Positions 19,001 through 28,571 of a DNA stretch of 64,000 bases are shown here, piece after piece. Where the stretch lies: assembly GCA_016935525.1 (NCBI GenBank), contig JAFGQU010000022.1, forward strand, positions 12,471-76,470, in the 5' to 3' direction. The notes beneath the pieces were generated by a model. That model saw nothing but the letters and a program-made list of their open reading frames with translations. It ran no database searches and was not told the origin of the DNA. Source of the stretch: Candidatus Omnitrophota bacterium (GTDB taxonomy: Bacteria > Omnitrophota > Gorgyraeia > Duberdicusellales > 4484-171). The number at the start of each line of letters is the position of its first letter. Position 1 is the first letter of the stretch. Both the position numbers and the translations under genes were made by a program.

Positions 19001-20591
19001 CCGGGTTGGTCACCTGCGCAAAAAGCTGTTTAAAATAGCTATACAATAATTGCGGTTTTTTAGAAAGTACGGCAAGCGGCGTATCGTTTCCCATCGAGCC
19101 GGTAGGTTCTAATCCGGTATGGGCCATCGGTTTGATGATCATCTTTAGATCTTCGCGCGTATAGCCGAAGGCTTTAAGCGAAGTCAAAGTTTTCTGTCCG
19201 TTTGCAGGCGGGGTTTCTTTCCTGGGAAGTTCACCCAGTTCTACTAAAGTGTTTTTAAGCCACTCGGCGTACGGTTTTTGGATAGAAACCGTTTCTTTCA
19301 CTTCCTGATCGTCTATGATACGACCTTCTTCGGTATCGACAAAAAACATTTTCCCCGGTTCCAGCCGGCCGGAAGAGATGATGTCACCGGCGGGAATATC
19401 GAGTACCCCTACCTCTGATGCCATTACTACCATATTGTGTGTAGTGATGATATACCGCGAAGGGCGCAGACCGTTACGGTCCAGGACCGCTCCGATCCTG
19501 GTCCCGTCAGTAAAAGCAATACTCGCCGGGCCGTCCCAGGGTTCCATTAAACAGGACATATATTTATGGAACGACCGGACCCGTTCATCAAGAAAGGTGT
19601 TCTGTTCCCAGGCCGAAGGGATAAGCATCATCATCGCGTGAGGAAGACTTCGTCCGGCCAATACCAACAGTTCCAACACCAGATCGATAGTCGCCGAATC
19701 GCTCAGTCCTGGAATAATGATCGGTTTTAGTTTTTCGATGTCCGGGCCGAACAACGGAGATGCTAAAAGCTGTTCTTTTGCGCTCATCCAGTTGATATTT
19801 CCCCGTAATGTGTTGATCTCACCGTTATGGGCGAGAAACCTGAACGGCTGGGCAAGGTCCCAGGTAGGAAACGTATTGGTACTGTAACGGGAATGGACCA
19901 GGGCAATCGAACTTTTAAGGTCGGGATCATTAAGGTCGACAAAAAAGCTCTGTAATTGATCGGGCATCAGAAGCCCTTTATAAGAGAACGTACGGCAGGA
20001 AAGGTTGGTGATATAGAAAAACGATTTTTGAGTTATGTTCGATGCAGCGACGGTTTTTTCTACCAGACGGCGGATCACGTACAGTTTTCGTTCGAACGCA
20101 AGCTGATCGGCAAGGTCCGGGGATCTTTGGATAAAAATCTGTTCGATGGCCGGTTGGGCCTTTTTTGCTCCTTTTCCGATATCGGTATTATTCACGGGAA
20201 CCTGCCGCCAGCCCAGTAACGTCTGTCCTTCTTCGCTCACGGTTTTGGCAAAAATATCTTTTAAGAGCTTTTTTTCCCGGGTATCCGTAGGTAAAAAGAT
20301 CAATCCGGTTCCGTAATCGCCATAATCCGGTAATTTGATGCGGGCGGTATCGGCTATTTTCCGGAAAAATTCGTGAGGAGTTTGGATGAGAATTCCCGCA
20401 CCGTCACCGGTCTTAGGGTCTGATCCTACCGCGCCGCGATGAGCCAGACGGTTTAAAACCCCTATTCCCTGCTGAACGAGAGCATAGGATTTTTCCCCCT
20501 TTATGTGACAGACAAATCCGACCCCGCAGGAATCTTTTTCAAATTGTGGGTCATATAAACCTTGTTTTTGAGGGAAATGAGTATATTCCAT
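16062..20591 (-). CDS. gltB: Glutamate synthase large subunit
   Basis: 1509 aa. N-terminal class II amidotransferase CGVGF. Central and FMN domains. C-terminal GXGXG domain. Confidence 0.95.
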   Translation of the reverse strand: MEYTHFPQKQGLYDPQFEKDSCGVGFVCHIKGEKSYALVQQGIGVLNRLAHRGAVGSDPKTGDGAGILIQTPHEFFRKIADTARIKLPDYGDYGTGLIFLPTDTREKKLLKDIFAKTVSEEGQTLLGWRQVPVNNTDIGKGAKKAQPAIEQIFIQRSPDLADQLAFERKLYVIRRLVEKTVAASNITQKSFFYITNLSCRTFSYKGLLMPDQLQSFFVDLNDPDLKSSIALVHSRYSTNTFPTWDLAQPFRFLAHNGEINTLRGNINWMSAKEQLLASPLFGPDIEKLKPIIIPGLSDSATIDLVLELLVLAGRSLPHAMMMLIPSAWEQNTFLDERVRSFHKYMSCLMEPWDGPASIAFTDGTRIGAVLDRNGLRPSRYIITTHNMVVMASEVGVLDIPAGDIISSGRLEPGKMFFVDTEEGRIIDDQEVKETVSIQKPYAEWLKNTLVELGELPRKETPPANGQKTLTSLKAFGYTREDLKMIIKPMAHTGLEPTGSMGNDTPLAVLSKKPQLLYSYFKQLFAQVTNPAIDPIREEIVMSLECFMGSRRNLLDETEAHARRVHLPHPILTDEDLVLIKNIKEKGFKTKTVSLLFKADSSDNFMKRLDAICRESEAAIKEGYTFIVLSDRGFNQDHAAIPALLAIGTVHHHLVRKTSRSQIALILESAEPREVHHFALLFGYGCGAINPYLALESIEYLEREGELELDIPTAKKNYIQAIDKGIKKVLSKMGISTLQSYRGAQIFEALGVADEVIERSFTGTVSRIGGVDFEIIARETILRHHNAYPQRSGYNALLDTGGLYQWKRDGEFHLWNPHSIAALQDATRKNDPQKYREFARLINDQSAQPTTLRSLLKFKRSETIPIDEVEPKEDIFKRFATGAMSFGSISRGAHETLAIAMNKLGGKSNTGEGGEDPARFIPHPNGDSRRSAIKQVASGRFGVTTNYLTNADELQIKIAQGAKPGEGGQLPGHKVSPTIAKTRYTTPGVTLISPPPHHDIYSIEDLAQLIFDLKNTNPHARISVKLVSEIGVGTIAAGVAKGHSDMILISGGDGGTGASPVSSIRHAGLPWELGVSETHQTLVLNDLRSRVRLQTDGQLRTGRDVAIAAILGAEEFGFCTATLIIMGCVMLRHCHLNNCSVGIATQDDLLQKKFQGRPEHIVNYFNFVVEELREIMASLGIRTIDELIGRTDLLEVDTNILPWKATRIDFSRILYKPQVPPDVGTYCQRTQDHRIDSVLDRKLIDLCRYTLNNNSEPVKFEVSIKNTDRTTGAMLSGEVCRFYGEEGLLEDTIQIKFRGIAGQSFAAWLAKGITFELEGMANDYVGKGTSGGKIIIYPDRNAEYIPQENIIIGNTSFYGAISGEAYIRGIAGERFCIRNSGLYAVVEGVGDHGCEYMTGGRVVVLGRTGRNFAAGMSGGIAYVWDTEEDFRAKCNLSMVKFETLHEDDTQLIHSLVSNHYKYTQSTVAKKVLDNFNDCVEKFVKIMPLEYKKILEMQGVDKKLGLTEVSD

Positions 20592-20602
20592 AGCTCTTTC
20601 AT

Positions 20603-20875
20603 TTAACCGAGGATACCGCGATAATAATCGACGTCAATCCGGTATTTTTCTATTTTGGTATGAAGCGTGTTACGGTTGATCCCCAACATTTTAGCGGCTT
20701 TCAGTTTATTGCCGAAGGTGCGTTCCAGGACTATTTCAATCAACTTTTTTTCAATGAGAGCTACGATGTCTTTATAGATTTCCCGGTGTTTGCCTTTGAT
20801 GATCAAAGAATCCACTTCTTTTTTTAAGTCGAGATAAAGGTTTTCTTCGTGAGGATCAGGATTTAATTTTTCCAT
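20603..20875 (-). CDS. Fis-family (HTH_8) small DNA-binding protein
   Basis: C-terminus NKLKAAKMLGINRNTLHTKI matches the Fis/NtrC-type HTH. 90 aa, 11 nt upstream of gltB. Confidence 0.55.
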   Translation of the reverse strand: MEKLNPDPHEENLYLDLKKEVDSLIIKGKHREIYKDIVALIEKKLIEIVLERTFGNKLKAAKMLGINRNTLHTKIEKYRIDVDYYRGILG

Positions 20876-20994
20876 TGTATCAGGATGATTGTTTTTACCC
20901 GAACGATTTTTCGATATTTTCTGTCATAGGATGCCTTATTTTTAGGCAAAAAAGAGCAAAATTTTTTCCGTACCGGCTTTACTTTAAAAATGGA

Positions 20995-21699
20995 CTATTG
21001 AACCGGTATGTTTTTATTGATCAAACGGGCGAAATTAAGAAAAATCCGTTGCGCGGCCAGGTTATATGTATCTTCGATATCGTGAGCCCGCAGGACCATC
21101 TGAGTACAATACGAGTTGTTCCAACGGTCCCGGTGAACATATTCTTTTATCCATTCGACGATCATTTTTGGTTTGATCTCCACATGAAACTGTAACGCAT
21201 AGGCGTTTCCGATACGGAACGCCTGATCACAGATAGCCGATGTCGCCAGTAATTGGCTTCCCGGAGGGATAGTGAACGTATCGTGATGCCATTGGAACAC
21301 TTCCATATTTTCGCCTATTCCTTCGAATAAAGGATCGGTTAAGCCTTCCGGCGTGAAATCTATAGTATGCCAGCCGATTTCTTCGGATGAGGCTCGCGTC
21401 ACTATTGCTCCGGATGCTTTCGCAATCAGTTGGGCTCCCAGGCAAATTCCTAATACGGGGATTTTCTGCGTCAGGATATCTTGGATAAAACTATTCTCTT
21501 TTGCCAGAAAAGGGAATTTTTTCTCTTCATAGACGTTCATCGAGCCGCCCAGGATCACTACCGCATCGGCATCGGCTGGATCCGGTAGTGAATCCCCGGC
21601 GTAAAGACGAATAGTTTGAACCGGCAGTTTCCCTGATTGAAAGAAATCCAGAAGTAATCCCGGTCCTTCGATATCAATATGCTGTAGAAAATAGATCAT
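20995..21699 (-). CDS. Class I glutamine amidotransferase (GATase1), stand-alone
   Basis: VVILGGSMNVYEE...IPVLGICLGAQL catalytic-Cys context. HxE at the C-terminus (QFHVE). Confidence 0.75.
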   Translation of the reverse strand: MIYFLQHIDIEGPGLLLDFFQSGKLPVQTIRLYAGDSLPDPADADAVVILGGSMNVYEEKKFPFLAKENSFIQDILTQKIPVLGICLGAQLIAKASGAIVTRASSEEIGWHTIDFTPEGLTDPLFEGIGENMEVFQWHHDTFTIPPGSQLLATSAICDQAFRIGNAYALQFHVEIKPKMIVEWIKEYVHRDRWNNSYCTQMVLRAHDIEDTYNLAAQRIFLNFARLINKNIPVQ

Positions 21700-21717
21700 C
21701 GCGGTCAGAATGTTTTT

Positions 21718-23823
21718 TCACAGGACCAGTAACAGTTCCTGATATTTTGCCAATGGCCATAATTCGTCGGCGACTACCGTCTCGGCGGTATCTATCGCTT
21801 CCCGTAATGTATCCAGAGCCCGAGCTCCTTTGGTCGCGTACGCTTCGGAGATCTTTATAAGCGTAGATTCTTTTTCACAGGCGGCCATGGCTTTCTCAAG
21901 ATTGTGCGTCCCGGTAAGGATCTTAGCATACAGATCATTGAGTAATTTGATCTCAGTGTTAAACGGGGACGATTTTATGCCGGCAGTTTTTGCCGCGGCC
22001 TGCGATGGAGCGATAAGCGCGATCTGTTGAGCGATTGCCGGTAAGATCATGGTCCGGGCGATATTGACCGCTGTTTTAAATTCGATATCTTTAGTCTTAT
22101 TGTACGCTTCCAGTTTGATCTCTATTTTAGAGTGGAGCTCTTTTTCGGTCAAAATGTCGAACCGTTTAAACAGCTCAAGCGCATCTTTGTTCAGAAATAA
22201 CTTTAATGCTTCAGGAGTGTTTTTGGTGTTAGGCAACCCGCGTTTTGCAGCTTCTTTATGCCATTTCTCGTCATAATTATTTCCTTCGAACCGTACTCGT
22301 TTAGTTTCTTTAAAGACCTCTTCAAGTACCGCGATCGCTTTTTCCGCAGGACTGGTCTTTGTCTTTTTCTTTTCAATCCTATCGGCAATTTCTTCATAAC
22401 CGTAAGCCATGATCAGATTGAGCATGGTCGCGGCTTCCGAACAGTTTTGACTTGACCCTACTGCCCGGAATTCAAATTTATTTCCGGTAAAAGCCAGCGG
22501 AGAAGTCCGGTTACGGTCGGATGTATCTTTGGCTACTTTAGGAAGATTTTGTACTCCGACATAAATTTCCGAGAGTTTTTTATCGGTAATCGTCCCTAAC
22601 CCTTCGATCTGATCGAGTAACGCGTCGAGATATTCTCCTAAATATACCGAAATGATAGCCGGCGGCGCTTCGTTTGCCCCTAACCGATGATCATTACCGG
22701 CATCGGCGACCGCCGACCGCAGGAGCCCGCCATATTTATGTACTCCCAGCAATATCGCGCCCAGCGAGATAAGAAAGATGATGTTATCTTTTGGCGAACC
22801 GGAAGGATCAAAATAGTTCGCGCCGGTATTATCTCCGATCGACCAGTTAAAATGTTTTCCGGAACCATTGACTCCGGCAAGCGGTTTTTCGTGTAATAAC
22901 GCGACTATTTCGTGAGCTTCGGCGACTTTTCTCATGATATCCATAAGCTGAAGGTTATGATCAATCGAGAGGTTTACCTCTTCATACAGCGGCGCGATCT
23001 CAAACTGGTTCGGCGATACTTCGTTATGACGGGTTTTTGAGGGTATCCCGCGACGATAAAGCTCCCGGTCCATATCTTCCATGAACATGATCACTTTTTC
23101 TTTTATCGCCCCGAAATAATGGTCTTCCATCTGCTGACCTTTTGCCGGAGTCGCTCCGAAAAGCGTTCTTCCGCAAATTTGCAGATCAGGACGGGTTCCA
23201 TAAAGAGCTTGGGAAAAAAGAAAGTATTCCTGTTCGGGGCCGCCATAGACTTTGATCTGTTCGGTATGTTTGTGCCCTAGGAGACGATTGATACGTAATG
23301 CCGCTTCGTTGACCGCGTTCAGCGAACGCAGTAACGGGGTCTTGATATCGAGGACTTCCCCGGTCCAGGAAAGAAATATCGAAGGGATCACCAGAGTTTT
23401 AGTCTCTCCCGCTTCCAGAAGAAAAGCCGGAGACGTCGGGTCCCAGGCCGTATATCCTCTGGCTTCAAACGTCGAACGTATTCCTCCGGAAGGAAATGAT
23501 GACGCGTCCGGTTCTGATTGGATCAATTGTTGTGCTGAGAAACGTTCGACGATATCGCCCCCTTCACCGTAAGAAATAAAAGCATCGTGTTTTTCGGCGG
23601 TACCGCCCCGTTGCGGCTGGAACCAATGGGTGAAATGAGTCGCGCCGTTTTCGATTGCCCATTCTTTCATGGCGTGGGCGACATCACCGGCAATCGATTG
23701 GTCCAGAGGTTTTCCGCTTTCAATAGTTGCCAATAGTTTGCGGTACACATCTTTATTAAGTTTTTCCAGCATCACTTTCTTACTGAATGTCAGTTCTCCG
23801 AAGATATCACTTATCTTAGGCAT
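21718..23823 (-). CDS. glnN: Glutamine synthetase type III
   Basis: About 700 aa, GS-III-like N-terminus (THFTHWFQPQRGGTAEKHD). AAAAAGGAGGT lies 7 nt before the second ATG (MPKISD), so the start is set at ~23823 rather than 23844. Confidence 0.8.
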   Translation of the reverse strand: MPKISDIFGELTFSKKVMLEKLNKDVYRKLLATIESGKPLDQSIAGDVAHAMKEWAIENGATHFTHWFQPQRGGTAEKHDAFISYGEGGDIVERFSAQQLIQSEPDASSFPSGGIRSTFEARGYTAWDPTSPAFLLEAGETKTLVIPSIFLSWTGEVLDIKTPLLRSLNAVNEAALRINRLLGHKHTEQIKVYGGPEQEYFLFSQALYGTRPDLQICGRTLFGATPAKGQQMEDHYFGAIKEKVIMFMEDMDRELYRRGIPSKTRHNEVSPNQFEIAPLYEEVNLSIDHNLQLMDIMRKVAEAHEIVALLHEKPLAGVNGSGKHFNWSIGDNTGANYFDPSGSPKDNIIFLISLGAILLGVHKYGGLLRSAVADAGNDHRLGANEAPPAIISVYLGEYLDALLDQIEGLGTITDKKLSEIYVGVQNLPKVAKDTSDRNRTSPLAFTGNKFEFRAVGSSQNCSEAATMLNLIMAYGYEEIADRIEKKKTKTSPAEKAIAVLEEVFKETKRVRFEGNNYDEKWHKEAAKRGLPNTKNTPEALKLFLNKDALELFKRFDILTEKELHSKIEIKLEAYNKTKDIEFKTAVNIARTMILPAIAQQIALIAPSQAAAKTAGIKSSPFNTEIKLLNDLYAKILTGTHNLEKAMAACEKESTLIKISEAYATKGARALDTLREAIDTAETVVADELWPLAKYQELLLVL

Positions 23824-23945
23824 GGTAACCTCCTTTTTCTTCATCGGGTTTGACTTACATAATAAGAAACGTTCCCTAACCCTTATCGTCAGAGAACGCC
23901 TTTGTTCTTTTTCTGCCTATTTTTCGGGCACTTCGTTGTACTAAA

Positions 23946-23978
23946 TATACAAGTAATAATCTTGCCGATTTGGTAACC
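23946..23978 (-). promoter_or_regulatory. Conserved 33-nt motif (copy 1) upstream of glnN: TATACAAGTAA-N12-TTGCC-N6-GGTAACC
   Basis: About 85% identical to 28677..28709. Contains an imperfect palindrome TTGCCGATTTGGTAA. About 100 nt upstream of the glnN start. Confidence 0.35.
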
Positions 23979-23983
23979 ATTTT

Positions 23984-24325
23984 TTATCCTATCGCCGTAT
24001 TGCCGGTTTCCCCGGTGCGAATACGGATACATTGGCCTAAATCTATGACAAATATTTTACCATCTCCGATGTTTCCTGTCTTGGCCCCTTTTATGATCGC
24101 AGCAATAGTAGATTGCACAAAATCCTCGTTTACCGCGATCTCCAGGCGTATTTTCTTCAGGAGATTTACCTCGTGGATCACGCCACGATAGGTTTCAGTA
24201 TACCCTTTTTGCTGCCCGCAGCCAAGAGCATTTGTTACGGTCATTTTATAGACTTCAGCTTCATAAAGGGCTTTTTTTACATCCGGTAATTTATGCGGTT
24301 GAATCATTGCAATTATTAATTTCAT
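23984..24325 (-). CDS. glnK: P-II nitrogen regulatory protein
   Basis: Near-canonical P-II sequence. T-loop [12 protein letters not shown]. 113 aa. Immediately downstream of amt. Confidence 0.9.
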   Translation of the reverse strand: MKLIIAMIQPHKLPDVKKALYEAEVYKMTVTNALGCGQQKGYTETYRGVIHEVNLLKKIRLEIAVNEDFVQSTIAAIIKGAKTGNIGDGKIFVIDLGQCIRIRTGETGNTAIG

Positions 24326-24339
24326 TTTTATCCCTCCGT

Positions 24340-25683
24340 TTAGCGGGTAGTGAATATTTGAAACCCGGAATAGGATTCCATCCCATGTTGGCTAATATCC
24401 AATCCTTTCAATTCTTCTTCACGTGATACGCGTAAACCGGTCAACTTTTTCAACAGGGTAAACACCAGCCCCATAGTAACGGCAACGAATACGGCCGTAG
24501 TAAATACTCCCAAAGCCTGTATACCGAGTTGAGTGAATCCGCCTCCGTATATCAGGCCGTTATGAGCCAATCCCATAGCTTTCTGCCCGAATATACCTAC
24601 TGCGAGAGTACCCCAGATCCCGTTCATAGCGTGAACGGGAACGGCACCGACAGGATCGTCAACTCCGATTTTATCTAAAAATATTGTTCCCAGTACGACA
24701 ATGATCCCAGCGATTGCTCCGATGATCATGGCCGCCCATGGCTCAACGAACGCACAAGGAGCGGTTATGGCTACCAGTCCGGCGAGTGCGCCATTCATCG
24801 TCATGGTCAGATCCGGTTTCCCAAATAGTTTCCAGGCAAAAAACATTCCCGCAAGCGCTCCGCTTACCGCGGAAATATTCGTGGTCATAGCTACGTGAGC
24901 AATAAGGCTCCCGTCGCCGACACGTAATGTCGAACCGGGATTAAATCCAAACCAAGCAAACCATAATATAAGCGTACCCAACGAGGCCAATGTCATCGAA
25001 TGACCTTCGATCGCATTGGCTGATCCATCTTTATTAAATTTACCGATGCGCGGGCCGAGTATGATAGTTCCCATAAGTGCGGCGGTGCCGCCTACCGTAT
25101 GGACCACGGTAGATCCCGCAAAGTCAGCGAAATTAAGTTGTGACAACCATCCTCCGCCCCAGATCCAGTGGCCGACAATGGGGTATACTGTAGCGGAAAT
25201 AAGGAAAGAATAAATAAGGTATGCTTTAAATTTCATGCGTTCGGCGATTCCCCCGGCAACGATAGTTGCGGCCGCACCGCAGAATACCGCATGAAAAAAC
25301 CAGGTAGCATAAAGAGGAAGATGCCCTTCATGTGAGGCACCGATCAACGCCCATCCCTTAAATCCCATAAACGCATTCCCCGCTCCGAACATGATCGCAT
25401 AACCAAAAATATAGAACCCCATCGATGCCATACAGAAATCTAAAAAGTTGTTCATGAGGATATTACAGGTATTCTTTGTACGAATAAGACCGGCTTCCAG
25501 CATTCCGAATCCGGCCTGCATAATGAATACCATAAATGCCGCGATCATCACCCATAGCGTATCAATACCGGCGGTGATCGTGGCGATATCGGTCTGTGCC
25601 CACAGCTTAGAAGGTAGGATAAATAAACTCAATAGGGTGAGGATCCCTAACCCTGCATATTTCATTTTTGTCGATTTCATCAT
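24340..25683 (-). CDS. amt: Ammonium transporter (Amt)
   Basis: Amt family throughout. AAGGAG lies 6 nt before the internal ATGATG, so the start is set at ~25683 (MMKSTKMKY..., signal-peptide-like). Confidence 0.9.
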   Translation of the reverse strand: MMKSTKMKYAGLGILTLLSLFILPSKLWAQTDIATITAGIDTLWVMIAAFMVFIMQAGFGMLEAGLIRTKNTCNILMNNFLDFCMASMGFYIFGYAIMFGAGNAFMGFKGWALIGASHEGHLPLYATWFFHAVFCGAAATIVAGGIAERMKFKAYLIYSFLISATVYPIVGHWIWGGGWLSQLNFADFAGSTVVHTVGGTAALMGTIILGPRIGKFNKDGSANAIEGHSMTLASLGTLILWFAWFGFNPGSTLRVGDGSLIAHVAMTTNISAVSGALAGMFFAWKLFGKPDLTMTMNGALAGLVAITAPCAFVEPWAAMIIGAIAGIIVVLGTIFLDKIGVDDPVGAVPVHAMNGIWGTLAVGIFGQKAMGLAHNGLIYGGGFTQLGIQALGVFTTAVFVAVTMGLVFTLLKKLTGLRVSREEELKGLDISQHGMESYSGFQIFTTR

Positions 25684-25740
25684 CAACTCCTTTAGTTTAT
25701 TCATTTGATTAACCGATTGAATAAAATGAGCCAAAAAAAA

Positions 25741-25923
25741 TCAGATCGTTTTCAACTTATCGTCCAGAAAACCAGCGTACACTCTATTGATACGATTGGT
25801 TTTCAGCCAACGTTCTAGGGTGGAGATCTGGATATCGGTTTTTTTCGATAATTCATATAGCGTATACCCTCTTTCTTGCTTTAAGTTGCGTAATTTATCA
25901 ATAAGTTCTTTGTTTTCCATCAA
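25741..25923 (-). CDS. Small HTH DNA-binding protein (60 aa) embedded between glnK(2) and amt(1)
   Basis: RGYTLYELSKKTDIQISTLERWLKTNRI is an XRE-like HTH. No clear RBS. Confidence 0.4.
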   Translation of the reverse strand: MMENKELIDKLRNLKQERGYTLYELSKKTDIQISTLERWLKTNRINRVYAGFLDDKLKTI

Positions 25924-25934
25924 TGTGTCTCAAA

Positions 25935-26276
25935 TTATCCGATTGCTTTGGAACCGGTCTCTCCGGTACGGATCCGGATACACTCGCCTAAATCGATTAC
26001 AAATATCTTCCCGTCACCGATATTTCCCGTACGGGCGCCTTTGATAATGGCATCAATAGTAGGTTGAATAAAATGCTCATTGACCGCGATTTCTAAACGG
26101 ACCTTCTTTAAGAGATTTACTTCATGGATTACTCCGCGATAGGTCTCGGTAAACCCTTTCTGCTGCCCGCAGCCAAGAGCATTGGTAACCGTCATTTTAT
26201 AGACCTCGGCCTCATAAAGGGCTTTTTTTACGTCGGGGAGTTTATGCGGTTGAATCATCGCGACTATAAGTTTCAT
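25935..26276 (-). CDS. glnK: P-II nitrogen regulatory protein (second copy)
   Basis: About 90% identical to the 23984..24325 product. Confidence 0.9.
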   Translation of the reverse strand: MKLIVAMIQPHKLPDVKKALYEAEVYKMTVTNALGCGQQKGFTETYRGVIHEVNLLKKVRLEIAVNEHFIQPTIDAIIKGARTGNIGDGKIFVIDLGECIRIRTGETGSKAIG

Positions 26277-26305
26277 CGTATCTCTCCTCTTTTTTTATCC
26301 CATTT

Positions 26306-26338
26306 CTTGTACCGGGAAGACAACTTCCCGGGTACAAG
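26306..26338 (-). other. Intercistronic stem-loop between amt(2) and glnK(2)
   Basis: CTTGTACCGGGAAG-acaa-CTTCCCGGGTACAAG, a ~14-bp stem. No U-tract follows on the minus strand, so probably not a terminator. Confidence 0.5.
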
Positions 26339-26352
26339 AGAATGGCGTTTTA

Positions 26353-27702
26353 TTATTCAGTAGTAAATATCTGGAATCCGCTGTATGATTCCATCCCGTG
26401 TTCACCGATGTCCAGTCCTTTTAATTCTTCGTCAGGAGTTACCCGTAACCCCATTATTACTTTTATGATACCGAAAAGGATCGTTGCCGTACCGAATACC
26501 CAGATAAATACGCTGGCGACACCGATCAACTGGACGATAAATTGTCCCAGTCCCCCTCCGAAAAAGAGGCCGTCGATTCCGCCATACGCGCTTTCGGCAA
26601 ATAATCCGGCAGCCAACGTTCCCCAGGCACCGCATATTCCATGTACTGAAACTGCGCCTACCGGATCATCGATATGAAGTACTTTGTCAATAAACTCTAC
26701 ACTTAACACTACCAACGTCCCGCCGATCGCACCGATGATGATCGCGCTTAACGGTGAAACATTCGCGCACGGTGCGGTAATCGCGACCAGTCCGGCTAAG
26801 GCGCCATTTAAGGCCATACTGGTATCGGGTTTACCGAACCGTATCCAGGCTACACTCATCCCCATAATAGCTCCGGCGGCGGCAGCCAGATTGGTCGTGA
26901 CTGCGATGATCGCGATACTTAAATTCGTCCCGGAAGTAGTACTGCCCGGGTTAAATCCGAACCAGCCGAACCACAGGATGAATACCCCTAACGCTGCTAA
27001 AGGAATATTATGTCCGGGAATAGCATTTGATGAACCGTCTTTATTATATTTCCCTAACCGTGGACCTAACATGATCGCACCGGCAAGTGCGGCCCATCCG
27101 CCGACGGAATGGACGACCGTCGAGCCGGCAAAATCGATCATTCCTTTTGCCGCAAGCCATCCTCCGCCCCAGATCCAGTGGCCGACTACCGGATATATAA
27201 CCGCGGTAATACACACACTGTATGCCAGGTACGCATTAAATTTTGTCCGTTCCGCCATTGCGCCCGATACGATCGTCGCAGCGGTTGCGGCAAATACGGT
27301 TTGAAATATCCAGTAAGTAAATTGCCAAAGCCCTTCGGACGTAGCCGGATTAGCGGTACTTAAAAAGAACCCGTTTTTCCCGAACAGTCCCAATACGCTT
27401 GTTCCGAACATGATTCCGAATCCTACGGCCCAGTAGGCGATTGATCCTACCGAAAAATCCATAAGGTTTTTCATCATGATGTTGGCTGCGTTTTTTGCCC
27501 GGGTAAATCCCGTCTCGACCATGGCAAATCCGGCTTGCATAAAGAATACCAGAAACGCCGCAATAAGCGTCCATACGGTATCGATCGCAATCGCATTGCT
27601 TTCGGGCGTAGCTTCAGCCCACGCCGGCCGAATAACCGCAGTTATCGCCACCAGGAGTATCGGCAGCCATTGTACAGTTTTCAATAAAATCTTTTTAATC
27701 AT
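26353..27702 (-). CDS. amt: Ammonium transporter (Amt), second copy
   Basis: Amt family. Signal-peptide-like N-terminus. RBS AAGGGAGGT before the ATG. Confidence 0.9.
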   Translation of the reverse strand: MIKKILLKTVQWLPILLVAITAVIRPAWAEATPESNAIAIDTVWTLIAAFLVFFMQAGFAMVETGFTRAKNAANIMMKNLMDFSVGSIAYWAVGFGIMFGTSVLGLFGKNGFFLSTANPATSEGLWQFTYWIFQTVFAATAATIVSGAMAERTKFNAYLAYSVCITAVIYPVVGHWIWGGGWLAAKGMIDFAGSTVVHSVGGWAALAGAIMLGPRLGKYNKDGSSNAIPGHNIPLAALGVFILWFGWFGFNPGSTTSGTNLSIAIIAVTTNLAAAAGAIMGMSVAWIRFGKPDTSMALNGALAGLVAITAPCANVSPLSAIIIGAIGGTLVVLSVEFIDKVLHIDDPVGAVSVHGICGAWGTLAAGLFAESAYGGIDGLFFGGGLGQFIVQLIGVASVFIWVFGTATILFGIIKVIMGLRVTPDEELKGLDIGEHGMESYSGFQIFTTE

Positions 27703-27723
27703 AATGTACCTCCCTTATTTAAA

Positions 27724-28521
27724 TTAAAATGCATACGCAAAACTTATCCCGGTATAAAAGCGTTCCGGTTGATTCCCGTCGTTGGCATCTTTTAGATCAT
27801 CTAAAGGTATCGAATAGTTGATCGACGGCGTCATGGTTAACGTGTCGGTCAGAGGTAACGTCAATGCAAGAGAAAGACCGATATCATACCCACTTGTTCC
27901 GGCAATAAAGAGTTTTCGGTTATATCCGAAATGAGAGCCGAAATCAAGCGATATGCCGGTATCTTCGTGAAGCAGGAGACTGTAAGCCATATCCAGCGAA
28001 AAATAACTTCCCAATCCTCCGCCATGGTTCTGGTCGCCGTAATCACGATAATAGGTAAGTGAGGTTTCTACCGGCCAGTCCAGTCCCGGTATTTTGCTCA
28101 ATCCTAATCCGACATAAAATTCACGGCTATACAGGTTTGCCGCGGGAAAATCATAGTACGTATGCCCTACCGATACGCTCAAGAGATCGTTGATCGCTTT
28201 GGTATAATCGATCACATAATCGATCTCGTCCGATTGCCCCCCCTGATTATTGTCGGTATCCCAACTGCTCCAGAAACTGAAGGTGAACCCATAGGCGCTG
28301 ATGTGTATCCCTGGCTGGATGACCGGGTCCCGGTCAAGTAAAAAACCTCTCCAGACATAATCCGAATAGAAATCAAGCGTTCCGGAAATATCAACGTCGA
28401 TATGTAACTCGTCAAGGATACCCGCGCCATACACACTTTTCCCTAAAGGAAAAAGCATGCCGGTAATAAGCAGTACCCCTAAAGTTACGTGCCGTACGGT
28501 TATTAAAAGTGATTTTACCAT
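27724..28521 (-). CDS. Outer-membrane beta-barrel (porin-like) protein, co-operonic with amt
   Basis: Signal peptide MVKSLLITVRHVTLGVLLITGMLFPLGKSVYGAG. Alternating aromatic beta-strand pattern. C-terminal ...ISFAYAF. Start set at the internal Met with RBS AAAGGGGA. The ORF-track extension is likely untranslated. Confidence 0.6.
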   Translation of the reverse strand: MVKSLLITVRHVTLGVLLITGMLFPLGKSVYGAGILDELHIDVDISGTLDFYSDYVWRGFLLDRDPVIQPGIHISAYGFTFSFWSSWDTDNNQGGQSDEIDYVIDYTKAINDLLSVSVGHTYYDFPAANLYSREFYVGLGLSKIPGLDWPVETSLTYYRDYGDQNHGGGLGSYFSLDMAYSLLLHEDTGISLDFGSHFGYNRKLFIAGTSGYDIGLSLALTLPLTDTLTMTPSINYSIPLDDLKDANDGNQPERFYTGISFAYAF

Positions 28522-28571
28522 CGTGTGTCCCCTTTCGTTAAGGCGTTTGTTTGTATATCGGACCATTTTTT

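Noticed and set aside
16298-20219. Multiple 60-110 aa ORFs antisense to or out of frame with gltB (e.g. 16298..16543, 17397..17618, 19315..19641)
   Set aside because: All lie within the continuous 1509-aa gltB reading frame. Typical shadow ORFs.
26342-27727. ORFs on the + strand overlapping amt(2) (26342..26677, 26684..27304, 27476..27727)
   Set aside because: Antisense shadow ORFs of a strongly supported Amt gene. Pro/Ala-rich translations reflect Amt's Gly/Ala codons on the opposite strand.
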